A stretch of DNA of 64,000 nt, taken from Vulcanimicrobiota bacterium. Lineage in GTDB: Bacteria > Vulcanimicrobiota > Vulcanimicrobiia > Vulcanimicrobiales > Vulcanimicrobiaceae. Every line of letters starts with the position of its first letter. Position 1 is the first letter of the stretch. The DNA lies in assembly GCA_963723515.1 (NCBI GenBank), contig CAVRQT010000002.1:256001-320000 (forward strand), read 5' to 3'. The notes beneath the pieces were generated by a model, which worked only from the letters and a program-made list of their open reading frames with translations, was not told the DNA's origin and did no database searches. Below are positions 19,758-30,290 of this stretch, in pieces. A program made the position numbers and the translations under genes.

Positions 19758-20324
19758 TTAGCCGCCCGGATTTTGTGGATTGCGGCTCTGTTGCTGAAGC
19801 TGTTGCTGCTGTTGCGGCGTTAGGACCGCGTTGATTTGATCGCGGAGCTGCCGCATCGCGTTGCGGTCAGGAGCGCTGCCTGCGGGGTGCGCTGCCTGGA
19901 ACTGCGAGACCAATCCTTGAATCCGTGACTTTTGATCGTCGCTGAGATTCAAGTTTGCCAACCGCGCCATGAAGCGGCCGGAGAAATCGCCGCTGCGCGA
20001 AGCTTGCATGTTTGCGCGCAACTGACTTTGTTGAGCGGGCGTTAGGACGGCGTAGATCTGATCGCGGAGCGCTTTGCGCGCTGCCGGATCCGGAGTGCTG
20101 CCGTGTGGATGTGCTTGGCGATATTGCGCGATTAGTGCCTGAATCTTCTGTTGCTGGTCCGGGGAAAGGTTCAAGTTGTCGAAGCCGCGCATCATGCCGC
20201 GGCCGTTTCGCGGCGCATTGACGCCCGGCTGATCGGACGGGACTGTTTGCGCAAACGTTGCGACCGGGAAAAGCACGGCGGCTACCAAACCGCCGATCGT
20301 AAGGAATGTGCGAATCGTTTTCAA
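19758..20324 (-). CDS. Spy/CpxP-family periplasmic chaperone-like protein with duplicated LTxxQ unit
   Basis: Signal peptide; LNLSPDQ...VLTPAQQ and LNLSDDQ...VLTPQQQ. Confidence 0.8.
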   Translation of the reverse strand: MKTIRTFLTIGGLVAAVLFPVATFAQTVPSDQPGVNAPRNGRGMMRGFDNLNLSPDQQQKIQALIAQYRQAHPHGSTPDPAARKALRDQIYAVLTPAQQSQLRANMQASRSGDFSGRFMARLANLNLSDDQKSRIQGLVSQFQAAHPAGSAPDRNAMRQLRDQINAVLTPQQQQQLQQQSRNPQNPGG

Positions 20325-20427
20325 TGGTGACTCCCAAAAAAGGCAAACGTATGGACGAATCGTCCCATACCATAACGTTGCTCCCTGGGAAGTCGTTGTG
20401 AAGGCGGATTAGAGCTTGGTGAGATCG

Positions 20428-21159
20428 CTACTCCGTAGAGCGCGCCATGATCGCCCTGACATTCGCATAGCAATCGCAAGAGTCGCGCTCGAGCGCGGCG
20501 CGATCTTCGATCGTCATCATGCCATGCCGAAAGGCCAAGACGCCTTCGCGCTGCATCGAGGCCGCAATGCCGGAGACGGTCTGACGGCCGACCCCCAGCG
20601 TCAATGCGAGAAATTCTTCGGTCAGAGGAAACGTATCGCGCCCGATACGGTCTCGCACCATGAGGATCCAGCGCGCCGTTCGTTCCTCGACCGAATGCAG
20701 TCCGTTGCACGCGGTCGTCTGGAGAATCATCGAAATGAAACCGTTCAGGTAGCGCAACAAGCGATGATAGAAGGGACTTTTTGCGCGAACGACGTGCTGC
20801 AGGAAGTCCGTCGCGTGCATGCGCATCGCCAGCCCGGGCACTTGCACGATAACCGTCGCGTTGCTTTCGCGCGTCTCAAGCAATAGCGATAGGCCGACCA
20901 TGCCGTCGGAACCCATCAGGCCCGCCTCCGTAACGCCGCCCTCTTGCGTCGTCACAATCGTCGACGCGATTGCGTCCTGCGGAAACCAGACGTGCGCAAT
21001 CGGCACGCCGCTTTCGGTCAGTTGCTCACGCACATCAAGCTGCACCGGCTCAAAGTAAGGCTCGAGCAGAGCTTTCTCGCCGCTCGAGAGGCCGTCGAGG
21101 AGAAGGTTTTTCAAGGGTGCCAAAGGCGGCAGGCCTGTCCGACGTAGGACAGACGCCAC
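20428..21159 (-). CDS. Crp/Fnr family transcriptional regulator (true start may be the TTG near 21123)
   Basis: NLLLDGL, GLMGSDGMVG, ACNGLHSVEERTARWIL, LTEEFLALTLGVGRQTVS HTH, SCDCY. Confidence 0.9.
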   Translation of the reverse strand: MASVLRRTGLPPLAPLKNLLLDGLSSGEKALLEPYFEPVQLDVREQLTESGVPIAHVWFPQDAIASTIVTTQEGGVTEAGLMGSDGMVGLSLLLETRESNATVIVQVPGLAMRMHATDFLQHVVRAKSPFYHRLLRYLNGFISMILQTTACNGLHSVEERTARWILMVRDRIGRDTFPLTEEFLALTLGVGRQTVSGIAASMQREGVLAFRHGMMTIEDRAALERDSCDCYANVRAIMARSTE

Positions 21160-21178
21160 AATGTTCGGTTCCTTACAT
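21135..21178. promoter_or_regulatory. Two TGT-N10-ACA palindromes between the divergent Crp genes
   Basis: CTGTCCGACGTAGGACAG (21135-21152) and ATGTTCGGTTCCTTACAT (21161-21178). Confidence 0.55.
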
Positions 21179-21279
21179 TAGAAGGGCGGCCCTTCCACAT
21201 TCTGGCGGCTTTTTTTGTTTGACCGCCTTTCGCAGCCGCATGGCGGGCCCCAAGCTGGGCGCCCCGAGATCGGAGCCGA

Positions 21280-22002
21280 TTGCACGAGAACATCTTAGTT
21301 CAAAACCTGCCGCAAGATGAGCAGGAGCGGCTAAAACCTTATCTCGAGCGTACGGCCATGGATTTTCGGCAGACCTTAATCGAAGCCGGCGAACCGATCC
21401 CATACGTATGGTTCCCGCACGACGCGATCACTTCGACCGTCGTAGACACGCGCGAGGGAACGACCATCGAAGTCGGACTTATGGGCGTCGAGGGCATGGT
21501 CGGCCTCTCGCTCTTGCTCAATGTTGAGCTCAGCAATACGACCGTGATCGTCCAGGTGCCCGGCGTCGGTGCACGGATGCGCGCTGACCACTTCTTGGAG
21601 CATGTCGTCGGCGCCGGCGGCGTACTTTATGAACGTCTCTTGCGCTATACGAACGCCTTCATGTCGATGGTCGCGCAAACTGCTGCCTGCAACAGCCTGC
21701 ACAGCATCGATCAACGTCTAGCGCGATGGCTACTGATGACGCACGATCGCGTTCAACGCCCGCAGTTTCCGCTGACGCACGAATTCTTGGCTTTCATGTT
21801 AGGAGTGCGCCGGCCGTCGGTTTCTGTCGCCGCGAACGCGCTCTTGCAAAATGAATACATCAACTATACGCGGGGACTGATGACGATCACGAGTCGGGCG
21901 GGCTTAGAGCAGAACGTCTGTCCCTGCTACGACATCGTCAACAATATCATGGACGGTGTCATGCAGCGTGAGGAAGTCCTCGTAAGGGGGCCGGAACGCT
22001 AG
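21280..22002 (+). CDS. Crp/Fnr family transcriptional regulator (paralog)
   Basis: GLMGVEGMVG, ACNSLHSIDQRLARWLL, LTHEFLAFMLGVRRPSVS, CPCY. Confidence 0.92.
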   Translation: MHENILVQNLPQDEQERLKPYLERTAMDFRQTLIEAGEPIPYVWFPHDAITSTVVDTREGTTIEVGLMGVEGMVGLSLLLNVELSNTTVIVQVPGVGARMRADHFLEHVVGAGGVLYERLLRYTNAFMSMVAQTAACNSLHSIDQRLARWLLMTHDRVQRPQFPLTHEFLAFMLGVRRPSVSVAANALLQNEYINYTRGLMTITSRAGLEQNVCPCYDIVNNIMDGVMQREEVLVRGPER

Positions 22003-22003
22003 C

Positions 22004-24233
22004 CTACCGTTTGATAAAAACGCGAACGTCAGTCGTCGTGCGGCGGCCATCGACCGTAATCGCCTCGAACTGGACGTTGTAAGACCTTCCTTTCAAGAAC
22101 GACGGCATCGACGGGACACGAGTCGAGGCCTCAAAATCTCCCGGCGCAAGCGGCGGGATGCCGAGCGTTCGGCCGGAGATATGCGCGTAGACGCCGTTGA
22201 CGTTTATCGAGGTCAGAACGCGCACCGCGAGCAGTCCCGGGGATGAAAGTTGTTGATCGTTGAGATCGATTTCTAAGATCTGCGGCGCGTTCGGATCAGC
22301 GGATGGGCTCGGCGTTGGCCGAAACGTGTAGCCGTATGACGGCGCGGTGGATGGCGAGGGCGCCGGCGAGGGCGTCGGGGCCGGCGACGAAACCGGAGTT
22401 TCCGTTTGCGCTACTCTGGCAACGGCGATTTTGCGCCACGGCTGGTTTGCTCTGAGCCAAGCAGTCAATGCACGAGCAACAACTACCCTTCCATGGTATG
22501 AGAAGTGCGGATCGCTCGTGCCGAACAGCGGCGCATGATGCGGTGACTTGACATCGTTAACGAAGACCGGCCACAAATCGAGTAAGGCGGTCCCCGAGGC
22601 GCGCACCGCGTCGTTGATCATCGCGCCGACGGATGCAGCCGGCACGATTTGCCCTTCAGTCGAGAGCAGCTGTGGCCACGCGCTTTCCACCGGTGATATG
22701 TCCGTTGCCAGCGGGGTGGTCACGACCAGTAACCTAGCGTGCAACGCTGCGAGCGTTTCACGCAGCCGCCGCAAACTCGAAGTCACCATCGGCTGCCATT
22801 GATTCACCGCTGACGACAACTCGAGCGCGCCGGCAAGATCCGCGGTTGGATAGACATTCCCTGGATTGATGTTCAGCACGTAAAAATCGGCTGCTCCGCC
22901 GCGCGCGAGATATTCAATATATTGCTCGTCCGCACCAAACGCGGATCCCGGCAATACATAAGGGTTGATGCGGATGTGCGGTCTGCGCACGGCCGAACCC
23001 AACGCCGCTTCGGTCATTCCTTGGATCGAGTCCGACCAGCGCGTGTACTGCCACAGAAACGAATTTCCGACGAACGCGATGTTGTACGCGCCCGAAGCGC
23101 TCTTGGGCAATGCCGATCCAAGCACCGCATCATGCGCGCGATCGATGTTTACGATCTCCCGGACGCGCTTGTTTCCGCCGTCGGCGATAACGAGGGAGCG
23201 CGCATCGCGCACCGCGATCCCGAGCGGCACGTCGAAGCGCGATTGCGTTCCCGATCCGTCGCGATATCCGCCGCCGGACGCAGCGCCGTTTTCAACCGGA
23301 ACACCGCCCAGCGTTTGAAGCGCCCCTGCCGACCAGTTCAAGTATCGCACCGTGTTCGCGCGCACGTCCGTAAAAGCGATCCCGTTTTCGTCGAACGCTG
23401 CCAATCCGAAAGGACTTCCCAACGGCTGCTCACCTTGCAAATCTCGAACGTTTTTTTGCGCCGCCGGAAGGGAGCCGTACCGTTCGATCGTTCCATCGGG
23501 CATGCGGCGAAGCAACCCGCTTTCATCTGCGGCGAAGATAACCGGAGCCGGCGTTGCTGCTTGCTACCGCCACGCCGAACGGCGCCGTTCCGAATTGCGG
23601 AATCGTCGCCACGATCCCCGACGGAGAAATGATACGGATACCCGAGAAGTCGGCAACGTACAACGTTCCATAAGCGTCGCTTGCAAGACCGGTTGGCCGA
23701 TCGAATGTCGCGACGTTACGCGGACCATCGAGGTGACCCGCAACGCCCGCTTGTCCGGCATAGGTCGTGACATTGCCCGTCGGATCGATGCGCCGAATGC
23801 AATGGTTGTTCGTGTCGGCAACGTAGAGCGCTCGATCGCTGCCCATCGCGAGTCCGGCCGGACGATTGAACCGCGCAAGCTTTCCGGGACCGTCTTGATA
23901 GCCGCCTTCAACCCATAAGCCGCTTGCGATCGGCTCGCCCGAGCCGGCTAGCGTGCGCGTGGTACCGTTTCGCTCGATAACGCGGATTCGCTGCGCGCCC
24001 GCGTCGCTGACATACAAGCGTCCGTCCCTATCGTAGATAACGCCGAAGGGCTCGATGAACTGGGCGGCGTGCGCGGGGCCATCTGAAAATCCGGCTACGC
24101 CTGAACCGCTGATCGTTGCCACGCGAACTTCCGGCGACCCGCTCAAGGCTGGATCGTCGGCTAAGACAGCTGCTGGGCCGTAGAGCAGACAACAGCAAGC
24201 TAACGCTGCTGCTAAACGAGGCAGAATGCGCAC
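22004..24233 (-). CDS. Secreted NHL-repeat + SGNH/AlgX-like domain + Pro/Ser/Thr linker protein, frameshift near 23520
   Basis: NHL repeats (ARFNRPAGLA, LYVADTNNHCIRRI) continue across two ORFs; FVGNSF and DPHFSYHG; TPVSSPAPTPSPAPSPSTAPS linker. Confidence 0.8.
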
Positions 24234-24240
24234 GTTAAGG

Positions 24241-24756
24241 TTACTTCTGCGGAATCTCGCTCACGACTTGCAGTTTTATGCCGGGCGGGAGAACACCACG
24301 CTGCGCGTTCGCTTCCCAACCGCGCGGAAAACCCATGTTGCGATGCAGATTTCCGTCAAGCGTGAAGATGGTCTGAATTCCCTCGAGCGTTGATGTCTGA
24401 TAGCGCGCGTTGATCGGTCCGGTTTTTGCAAAGGACGCAATCAAACGGAGGTGGCGTTCCGTCTTTGCGATCTCCGGTGCGTGGGTGACAAAGATCTTGA
24501 CGGCTTCCAGTTCAAGCGCGCTCAGCGCATCTTTGGGCGATGTGCCGTCTGCGATGAATCGCTCAACGTACGGCGTAGCATCCCAAAAAATTACGCCGCC
24601 GAAGATGTTGCTGTGTGTTTGAATGATCCGCGGCGCCGGCATCGGCGCTTGCACCGCGACGACGGCTGGTGGAAACATGAAGAGCACGGTGGCACAAAAT
24701 TGCCGTTGCAAAGCGCGGCGTCCTGCGTTCTTAGGGATGGTGCGGGGCAGGAACAA
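24241..24756 (-). CDS. Secreted hypothetical protein
   Basis: ORF tightly packed in the minus-strand operon; hydrophobic N-terminal segment. Confidence 0.6.
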   Translation of the reverse strand: MFLPRTIPKNAGRRALQRQFCATVLFMFPPAVVAVQAPMPAPRIIQTHSNIFGGVIFWDATPYVERFIADGTSPKDALSALELEAVKIFVTHAPEIAKTERHLRLIASFAKTGPINARYQTSTLEGIQTIFTLDGNLHRNMGFPRGWEANAQRGVLPPGIKLQVVSEIPQK

Positions 24757-26254
24757 CGCGGTAGATCGCCGGCGATTCGCCTCCCGTAGGCTCTAGCCTC
24801 ATCCCATCAAGCGAGAACACGCGGTCGCCAAACGGCTTGAAGTAAATGACATAAACCGGCCGGTTGCGTTGCCACCGCTTAACGTATTCCGCGATCTCAT
24901 CCGGCTCCGCGGACACGATGACGCGCCCTCCGAGCCGGTGTTCGACATAACTTGCATAAGCGAGCGGCGTCGCGTAAATCCAGCTCGCAACGATAATGCT
25001 GCGATCCGGCGTTTCGCGCAGCGCACGATCGATGAATGCGTCGCCGGTGTGATCTGCGTTTTGCGCGAAAGTCGCACGGTTGGCCGCGAACGTGTAGCCG
25101 ACACTGAAAAACAACAATAGCGCGGCTACCCCAAGCGCGACCGCGGCAATGCGCAAACGAGCTTTCAAAAACGTCATTACCGCTTGCGCGCCATAGCCGG
25201 TAAAGAGCGCGAGCACCCAATATGCCGTCAAAAAGTACCGATCGAAATCCGTTTCGATCGCATAGCTCAAAGCGAACGGAACGCCGGCCACAACGATCAG
25301 CATCAAACCGAGCGCTTTGAAAACATCCTTAACGATCACAGCCAACATGCCGAGCAGCATCAAAGCGATGGCAATGACTGAAAACTCGGCGTAAATCTTA
25401 GCGCCAAACTCCTGCGCCATCGACGGATACAGCGAAGGGCGGAAAATCGCGATCAGTGCGTCCCATTTGGCATAGTACGATCCAAGAACCGCCCGCAGAA
25501 AACCGTGCCAATCCGCCGGGTGACCCCAGTTCCAAAAAGCTTGGCTCGGCGGCAGCCCCAGCGCCTGCGTTGGATCGAGCGTGTGAGCCGCAACATACGC
25601 GCTCCGTAGCGGCATGTAGAAGTACAGCAAGAGCGGCGCCAGTACGAGGAGCAGCGCCGTCAGCATAGCCCGCGCCGGAAAACGTTTCGCTCGCGCGGGC
25701 GGCAAAAACAACAAAATCAGCACACCCGGAATGGCCCAAATCATGACCGGATGCGTCGCCGCCGCAAGTCCCATGCACAGCGCAGCCGCGTAAAGCGGTT
25801 GCGTAGACCCCGTTGCACGCGCGCGAAGCGCGGCCCAAATCGTTGCTCCGATCAACAGAATGGCAAGCGCATGCACTTCAGCACGCGTTCCGCGCGTCCA
25901 GGCCACAACGCCGAATGCAAACGTCCACGCGCAAAGACATGCGATCAGGTCATCGACGCCCTCATCCCGCGAAGCCAAAAACACCAACCATGCTGCGCCG
26001 GCCATCGCGATTGCGCTCATCAGCGACATGCGCCAAGCAACGCTGAAGATCGCAACAGCATGCGAGAAGACATATCCGAGCAGGATGAACAACGGGAAGC
26101 CGGTGGGATGCGCGATTCCGAAAATGTATGGAACGGTTTGCATTTCGCCGGTGTCCCAAAAGCCGACGCTCGGCGTCAAACTCCAGATATACACAACCAA
26201 CGGTACGCAAAATGCCGCGGCGGAAAACGCTCGGCGCGTGAAGACCTCGTTCAT
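24731..26254 (-). CDS. DUF2723/TMEM260-like GT-C membrane glycosyltransferase (protein O-mannosyltransferase family)
   Basis: WDTGEMQ, GIAHPTGFPLF, AEVHAL, many transmembrane segments. Confidence 0.85.
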   Translation of the reverse strand: MNEVFTRRAFSAAAFCVPLVVYIWSLTPSVGFWDTGEMQTVPYIFGIAHPTGFPLFILLGYVFSHAVAIFSVAWRMSLMSAIAMAGAAWLVFLASRDEGVDDLIACLCAWTFAFGVVAWTRGTRAEVHALAILLIGATIWAALRARATGSTQPLYAAALCMGLAAATHPVMIWAIPGVLILLFLPPARAKRFPARAMLTALLLVLAPLLLYFYMPLRSAYVAAHTLDPTQALGLPPSQAFWNWGHPADWHGFLRAVLGSYYAKWDALIAIFRPSLYPSMAQEFGAKIYAEFSVIAIALMLLGMLAVIVKDVFKALGLMLIVVAGVPFALSYAIETDFDRYFLTAYWVLALFTGYGAQAVMTFLKARLRIAAVALGVAALLLFFSVGYTFAANRATFAQNADHTGDAFIDRALRETPDRSIIVASWIYATPLAYASYVEHRLGGRVIVSAEPDEIAEYVKRWQRNRPVYVIYFKPFGDRVFSLDGMRLEPTGGESPAIYRVVPAPHHP

Positions 26255-26439
26255 CGAGAAGGGGCTTCTTTCGATTTTATTGGAGAATCACCGCCGCTTT
26301 GTTAGCGCTCTGTGCGGATATGGCGCCCGCCCGCGAAGTTTGGGCGGGGGCGCGTAGGTCATTTTCGTCGCATCGTGACGAAAGTGAACCGGAGCGCCAA
26401 GCGTTTCGCGATAGTGAGACGCTATCTAAATAAGGAGAA

Positions 26440-27558
26440 GTGATGAGCCGAGTACGCGCCCTGGTCGGCACGCGCAAAGGTGCGTTCGTGTTGACATCGG
26501 ATGGCAAGCGTGAAGAGTGGGACATCAGCGGCCCTTTCTTTGCCGGCTGGGAAATCTATCACGTCAAAGGCTCGGCCGCCGACCCTAATCGTCTCTACGC
26601 TTCACAGACGAGCGGCTGGTTCGGGCAATTGATGCAGCGTTCGAACGATGGCGGTGCGACATGGGAAGCGGTCGGAAACGAGTTTGCGTACGATGGTCCC
26701 ATCGGAACGCATCAATGGTACGACGGCACGCCGCGGCCGTGGGAATTTAAGCGCGTTTGGCATCTTGAACCTTCGGCTGCCGATCCGGACGTCGTTTACG
26801 CGGGCATCGAAGACGCCGCAATCTTTCGCTCGAGTGATGGCGGCAGCAGTTGGCACGAGTTACCTGCGTTGCGCAACCATGGGTCCGGTCCCGCATGGCA
26901 GCCCGGAGCCGGCGGGATGTGTCTGCATACGATCATCTTCGATCCCATAAATCCGCAACGGATCTTCGTGGCAATCTCGGCCGCCGGCGCCTTCCGCACG
27001 GATGACGGCGGCAAGACGTGGCAGCCGATTAACCGTGGCTTGCAATCACAGTATATTCCAGATCCGACCGCCGAGGTCGGTCATTGCGTCCATCGGATTG
27101 CAATGCACAAAGCTCGACCGAACGTGCTCTTCATGCAAAAGCATTGGGACGTGATGCGCAGCGACGATGCAGGCGATTCATGGCGTGAGATCAGCGGCAA
27201 TCTGCCGACCGACTTCGGCTTCCCAATCGACGTGCACGCCCATGAACCGGACGTGGTTTACGTCGTGCCGATCAAGAGCGATTCCGAACACTTTCCGCCC
27301 GATGGCAAACTCCGTGTCTACCGCAGCCGCACCGGCGGCGACGAATGGGAGCCGCTGACGAACGGGCTGCCCCAGCGGGATTGTTACGTCAACGTGCTGC
27401 GTGATGCGATGGCGGTTGACTCGCTGGATCGATGCGGAATCTATTTCGGAACGACGGGCGGCCAAGTGTATGCGTCAGCAAACGAGGGTGATACGTGGGA
27501 CGCGATCGTTCGCGACCTTCCGCCCGTGCTTTCCGTCGAGGTACAGACATTGCCGTGA
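26440..27558 (+). CDS. BNR/Asp-box beta-propeller (sialidase-like/WD40-YVTN) protein
   Basis: SD AAGGAG; VGTRKG; repeated SxDGGxTW boxes ([32 protein letters not shown]). Confidence 0.9.
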   Translation: MMSRVRALVGTRKGAFVLTSDGKREEWDISGPFFAGWEIYHVKGSAADPNRLYASQTSGWFGQLMQRSNDGGATWEAVGNEFAYDGPIGTHQWYDGTPRPWEFKRVWHLEPSAADPDVVYAGIEDAAIFRSSDGGSSWHELPALRNHGSGPAWQPGAGGMCLHTIIFDPINPQRIFVAISAAGAFRTDDGGKTWQPINRGLQSQYIPDPTAEVGHCVHRIAMHKARPNVLFMQKHWDVMRSDDAGDSWREISGNLPTDFGFPIDVHAHEPDVVYVVPIKSDSEHFPPDGKLRVYRSRTGGDEWEPLTNGLPQRDCYVNVLRDAMAVDSLDRCGIYFGTTGGQVYASANEGDTWDAIVRDLPPVLSVEVQTLP

Positions 27559-27851
27559 TACGGATCATATTGCCGGCGCATCTTCGGACGCTGGCTCGCG
27601 TCAACGGCGAAGTAACGCTCGAAGTGGCAAACCACGCGACACAGCGTGCGGTTCTCGATGCCCTCGAATCGCGCTATCCGATGTTGCGTGGAACGATACG
27701 CGACCAGGTTACGCAACAGCGCCGGCCTTTCATCAGATTCTTTGCATGCGAGGAAGATCTCTCGCACGAATCGCCGGATAACGCGCTGCCGAGTGCCGTC
27801 GCATCAGGCCGCGAGCCCTTGCTTATCGTCGGCGCGATCGCGGGGGGTTGA
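27555..27851 (+). CDS. MoaD/ThiS family ubiquitin-like sulfur carrier
   Basis: GTGA overlap with the upstream stop; [17 protein letters not shown]-terminal GAIAGG. Confidence 0.88.
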   Translation: MIRIILPAHLRTLARVNGEVTLEVANHATQRAVLDALESRYPMLRGTIRDQVTQQRRPFIRFFACEEDLSHESPDNALPSAVASGREPLLIVGAIAGG

Positions 27852-27887
27852 AGATTCAGCACCGACAAGCATGGGAAACATTCGTGC

Positions 27888-28316
27888 ATGCGCAAGGTGA
27901 TCGTCGCGGCGATGCTTCTGCTTGCGGCATGCTCGAAAGGGCAACAAGCCGTTGGACCATCGCGTTCTCCGGCACTAAGCGACAATGGCCGAACGATCTT
28001 CCTGCAAGGCGTCGACGCGGGCGGGAAGCGGATCGTCGCGCAATCGACGCCGCTGCGTCCGTCTTGCGCAGCGTGTCACGGGACCAACGGCGCCGGCGGA
28101 CTTCATCTGTCCGGCGGCGCGGTCAGCGCGGATCTGCGGCATAAGGCGCTCGTCGTACAACAGCGTCACCCATACACATTGCCACTGCTGGAGCGTGCGG
28201 TCTCCAAGGGGATCGACAACGAAGGCAAGCCGCTCAATCCGGTGATGCCGCGCTGGAAGCTCTCGCCGGCAGATCTGCACGATGTCGCGCAATACGTTCT
28301 AACGCAGCTTCACTGA
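27888..28316 (+). CDS. Cytochrome c lipoprotein
   Basis: Lipobox LAAC; CAACH heme motif; distal MPRW. Confidence 0.88.
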   Translation: MRKVIVAAMLLLAACSKGQQAVGPSRSPALSDNGRTIFLQGVDAGGKRIVAQSTPLRPSCAACHGTNGAGGLHLSGGAVSADLRHKALVVQQRHPYTLPLLERAVSKGIDNEGKPLNPVMPRWKLSPADLHDVAQYVLTQLH

Positions 28317-28765
28317 GCGAGCGCCTAGGGCGAATCGGCCCAGCGGCAGTCGTCGTAACCCTTTGCGTCGCGCCGCTTGCGGTGCACGCCGAGGCGCTGC
28401 CAAATCGCTCCTTTACTCCCGGCGCGGTCGCTGTCTCGAGCGCCGCCGATGTGTGTCTTCCTTTCTATAGCCGTCGTCACGTGCGACGTGTTTCGACACA
28501 GCTCAAACACCGCGTGTACGTCGAATACTTCGGCGGCTACCGGCGGGGATATGTCATTGACCACCTGGTGCCGCGCGAAATCGGCGGGGCGGACGATATT
28601 CGCAATCTGTGGCCGCAGCCGCGCGCTGAAAGCAAAGTGAAAGATGCGATCGAAAGTCGCGCGCGCTTTGAAGTGTGCGACGAACATCGGCCGCTGAGCG
28701 AGGCGCAGCGCGCGTTCATGCGCGATTGGCGAGGCGCGGCCGAGTGGCAGCCTGGCCGCCCCTAA
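28313..28765 (+). CDS. Secreted HNH-endonuclease-like protein (probable CTG start)
   Basis: TPGA, IDHLVPREIGGADDIRNLWPQ, KDAIE; in-frame signal peptide upstream of the track start 28382. Confidence 0.7.
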   Translation: MSERLGRIGPAAVVVTLCVAPLAVHAEALPNRSFTPGAVAVSSAADVCLPFYSRRHVRRVSTQLKHRVYVEYFGGYRRGYVIDHLVPREIGGADDIRNLWPQPRAESKVKDAIESRARFEVCDEHRPLSEAQRAFMRDWRGAAEWQPGRP

Positions 28766-28914
28766 ACGGGCGTAGGCCGTTTAAAGGACGCCGATCGTTG
28801 GTACAATGAGTACGTCAGGTACATTCCAATGGACTAAGACACTACAGACGCGACTGAAGTCGCGTCTGTTCTTTTGCGCAGGGAGCTCGCGCTGCGCCCC
28901 TGCATATCAGGCGC

Positions 28915-30006
28915 ATGCCAGGCCGCCGTTTGCACATCGGTGTGGATGCATGGAATCTGCGCGGAGATCGCCGCGGCATCGGCCGCTACACTCGTGCGAT
29001 GCTGCGCGAATGGTCCACCGCCTTTGCGAACGATGCTGATCTCACGCTGCTTGTTCCGGAGCGGCCGGCGTGGTGGTATGCCGGAAAATACCGGCGCGAA
29101 GCCGGATCGCAATTGCGCGTGCGCAGCCGTGCCGCCGCCGATGACATCGACGTTTTGTTCTTCCCGTGGAACGGTTTGAGTTGGACGGCCGGCAAACCCA
29201 AGGTCGCGGTCTTGCACGATGCCTCGCTCTTTGCGCTCGACATCCCGGCGGAAACGCGCAAGCAAGAGACGCTTCCGTTCTTTCGGGCGGTTCGTGAAGG
29301 CGCGCGCATCATCACCGATTCACAGTTTTCGAAACGCGAACTGCTGCGCTATCTTCCGCTCAGGATGGATTCAATCGATGTCGTTCCACTAGGGGTGAAA
29401 CTGCCAAGCGCGACGGAAGGCGAACAGAAACCGCGCCTCCCGTTTGAGTTACCGTACATCCTCTTCGTCGGCGAGTTGGAAAAGCGCAAGGGCATCGATC
29501 TCTTACTCGACGCCATCGCGCACCTTACGCCGGAGATTCGCGCGAAAGTAGGATTGGTCGTTGCGGGCGAAACGCGCGGCACAACGCAAATCGATGCTGC
29601 GGTCCCAACCGCAATTCTGGGTCATGTTGAAGATGCGATGTTATCGTCGCTCTATCGTAACGCCGCGCTCTTCGTATATCCCTCGCGCTATGAAGGCTTC
29701 GGTCTTCCGGTGCTTGAGGCGATGGCTCACGGCGTGCCGGTCGTTGCATCCGACGCGGGCGGAATTCCGGAAGCGGGCGGCGATGCGGCGCGATACTTTC
29801 ACAGCGGTGATGCGGCCGACGCTCGGCCCGCGCGATTCGGCGATGTGCTCACGAATGCAGGCTTAGCGGAGGACCTGCGGCGACGTGGACTGCAGCGTGC
29901 CACCGAGATGAGCTGGTCGGCAACCGCGCGTAAAACGTTCGAAATCTTACGGAGGGAATCGAAGCGTCAGGCAGCTGACCGAGCGCCCGCAGGGACGGTT
30001 CGTTAG
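28915..30006 (+). CDS. GT4 glycosyltransferase
   Basis: RGIGRY, ILFVGELEKRKG, PSRYEGFGLPVLEAMAHG. Confidence 0.92.
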   Translation: MPGRRLHIGVDAWNLRGDRRGIGRYTRAMLREWSTAFANDADLTLLVPERPAWWYAGKYRREAGSQLRVRSRAAADDIDVLFFPWNGLSWTAGKPKVAVLHDASLFALDIPAETRKQETLPFFRAVREGARIITDSQFSKRELLRYLPLRMDSIDVVPLGVKLPSATEGEQKPRLPFELPYILFVGELEKRKGIDLLLDAIAHLTPEIRAKVGLVVAGETRGTTQIDAAVPTAILGHVEDAMLSSLYRNAALFVYPSRYEGFGLPVLEAMAHGVPVVASDAGGIPEAGGDAARYFHSGDAADARPARFGDVLTNAGLAEDLRRRGLQRATEMSWSATARKTFEILRRESKRQAADRAPAGTVR

Positions 30007-30076
30007 CGAACTGAAAAGCGAGCGCTCCCTATGCGAGTGTAAGAGCACTAATCGCACTCCGCCGAGGACGAACCGC

Positions 30077-30265
30077 TTGAAATACGTTTGTATCCAGTGC
30101 GGGCGCATATTGCCGGTCGATCGCGACCTTGATGACGACCGCACCTTTGAGTACGTCGTCGCGCGACATGAGGAAGGCGACTGCCCGCACACATTTCTTC
30201 CGAACGACGATACGTCGACCTCGCGATTGCGTTTAGTGCCGCACGCGAGCGCTTTTCGACACTAG
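30077..30265 (+). CDS. Small putative zinc-binding protein
   Basis: SD-like GAGGA; CIQC...HEEGDC. Confidence 0.5.
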   Translation: MKYVCIQCGRILPVDRDLDDDRTFEYVVARHEEGDCPHTFLPNDDTSTSRLRLVPHASAFRH

Positions 30266-30290
30266 CACCTACCGTCTCGCCGCGCTCGTC

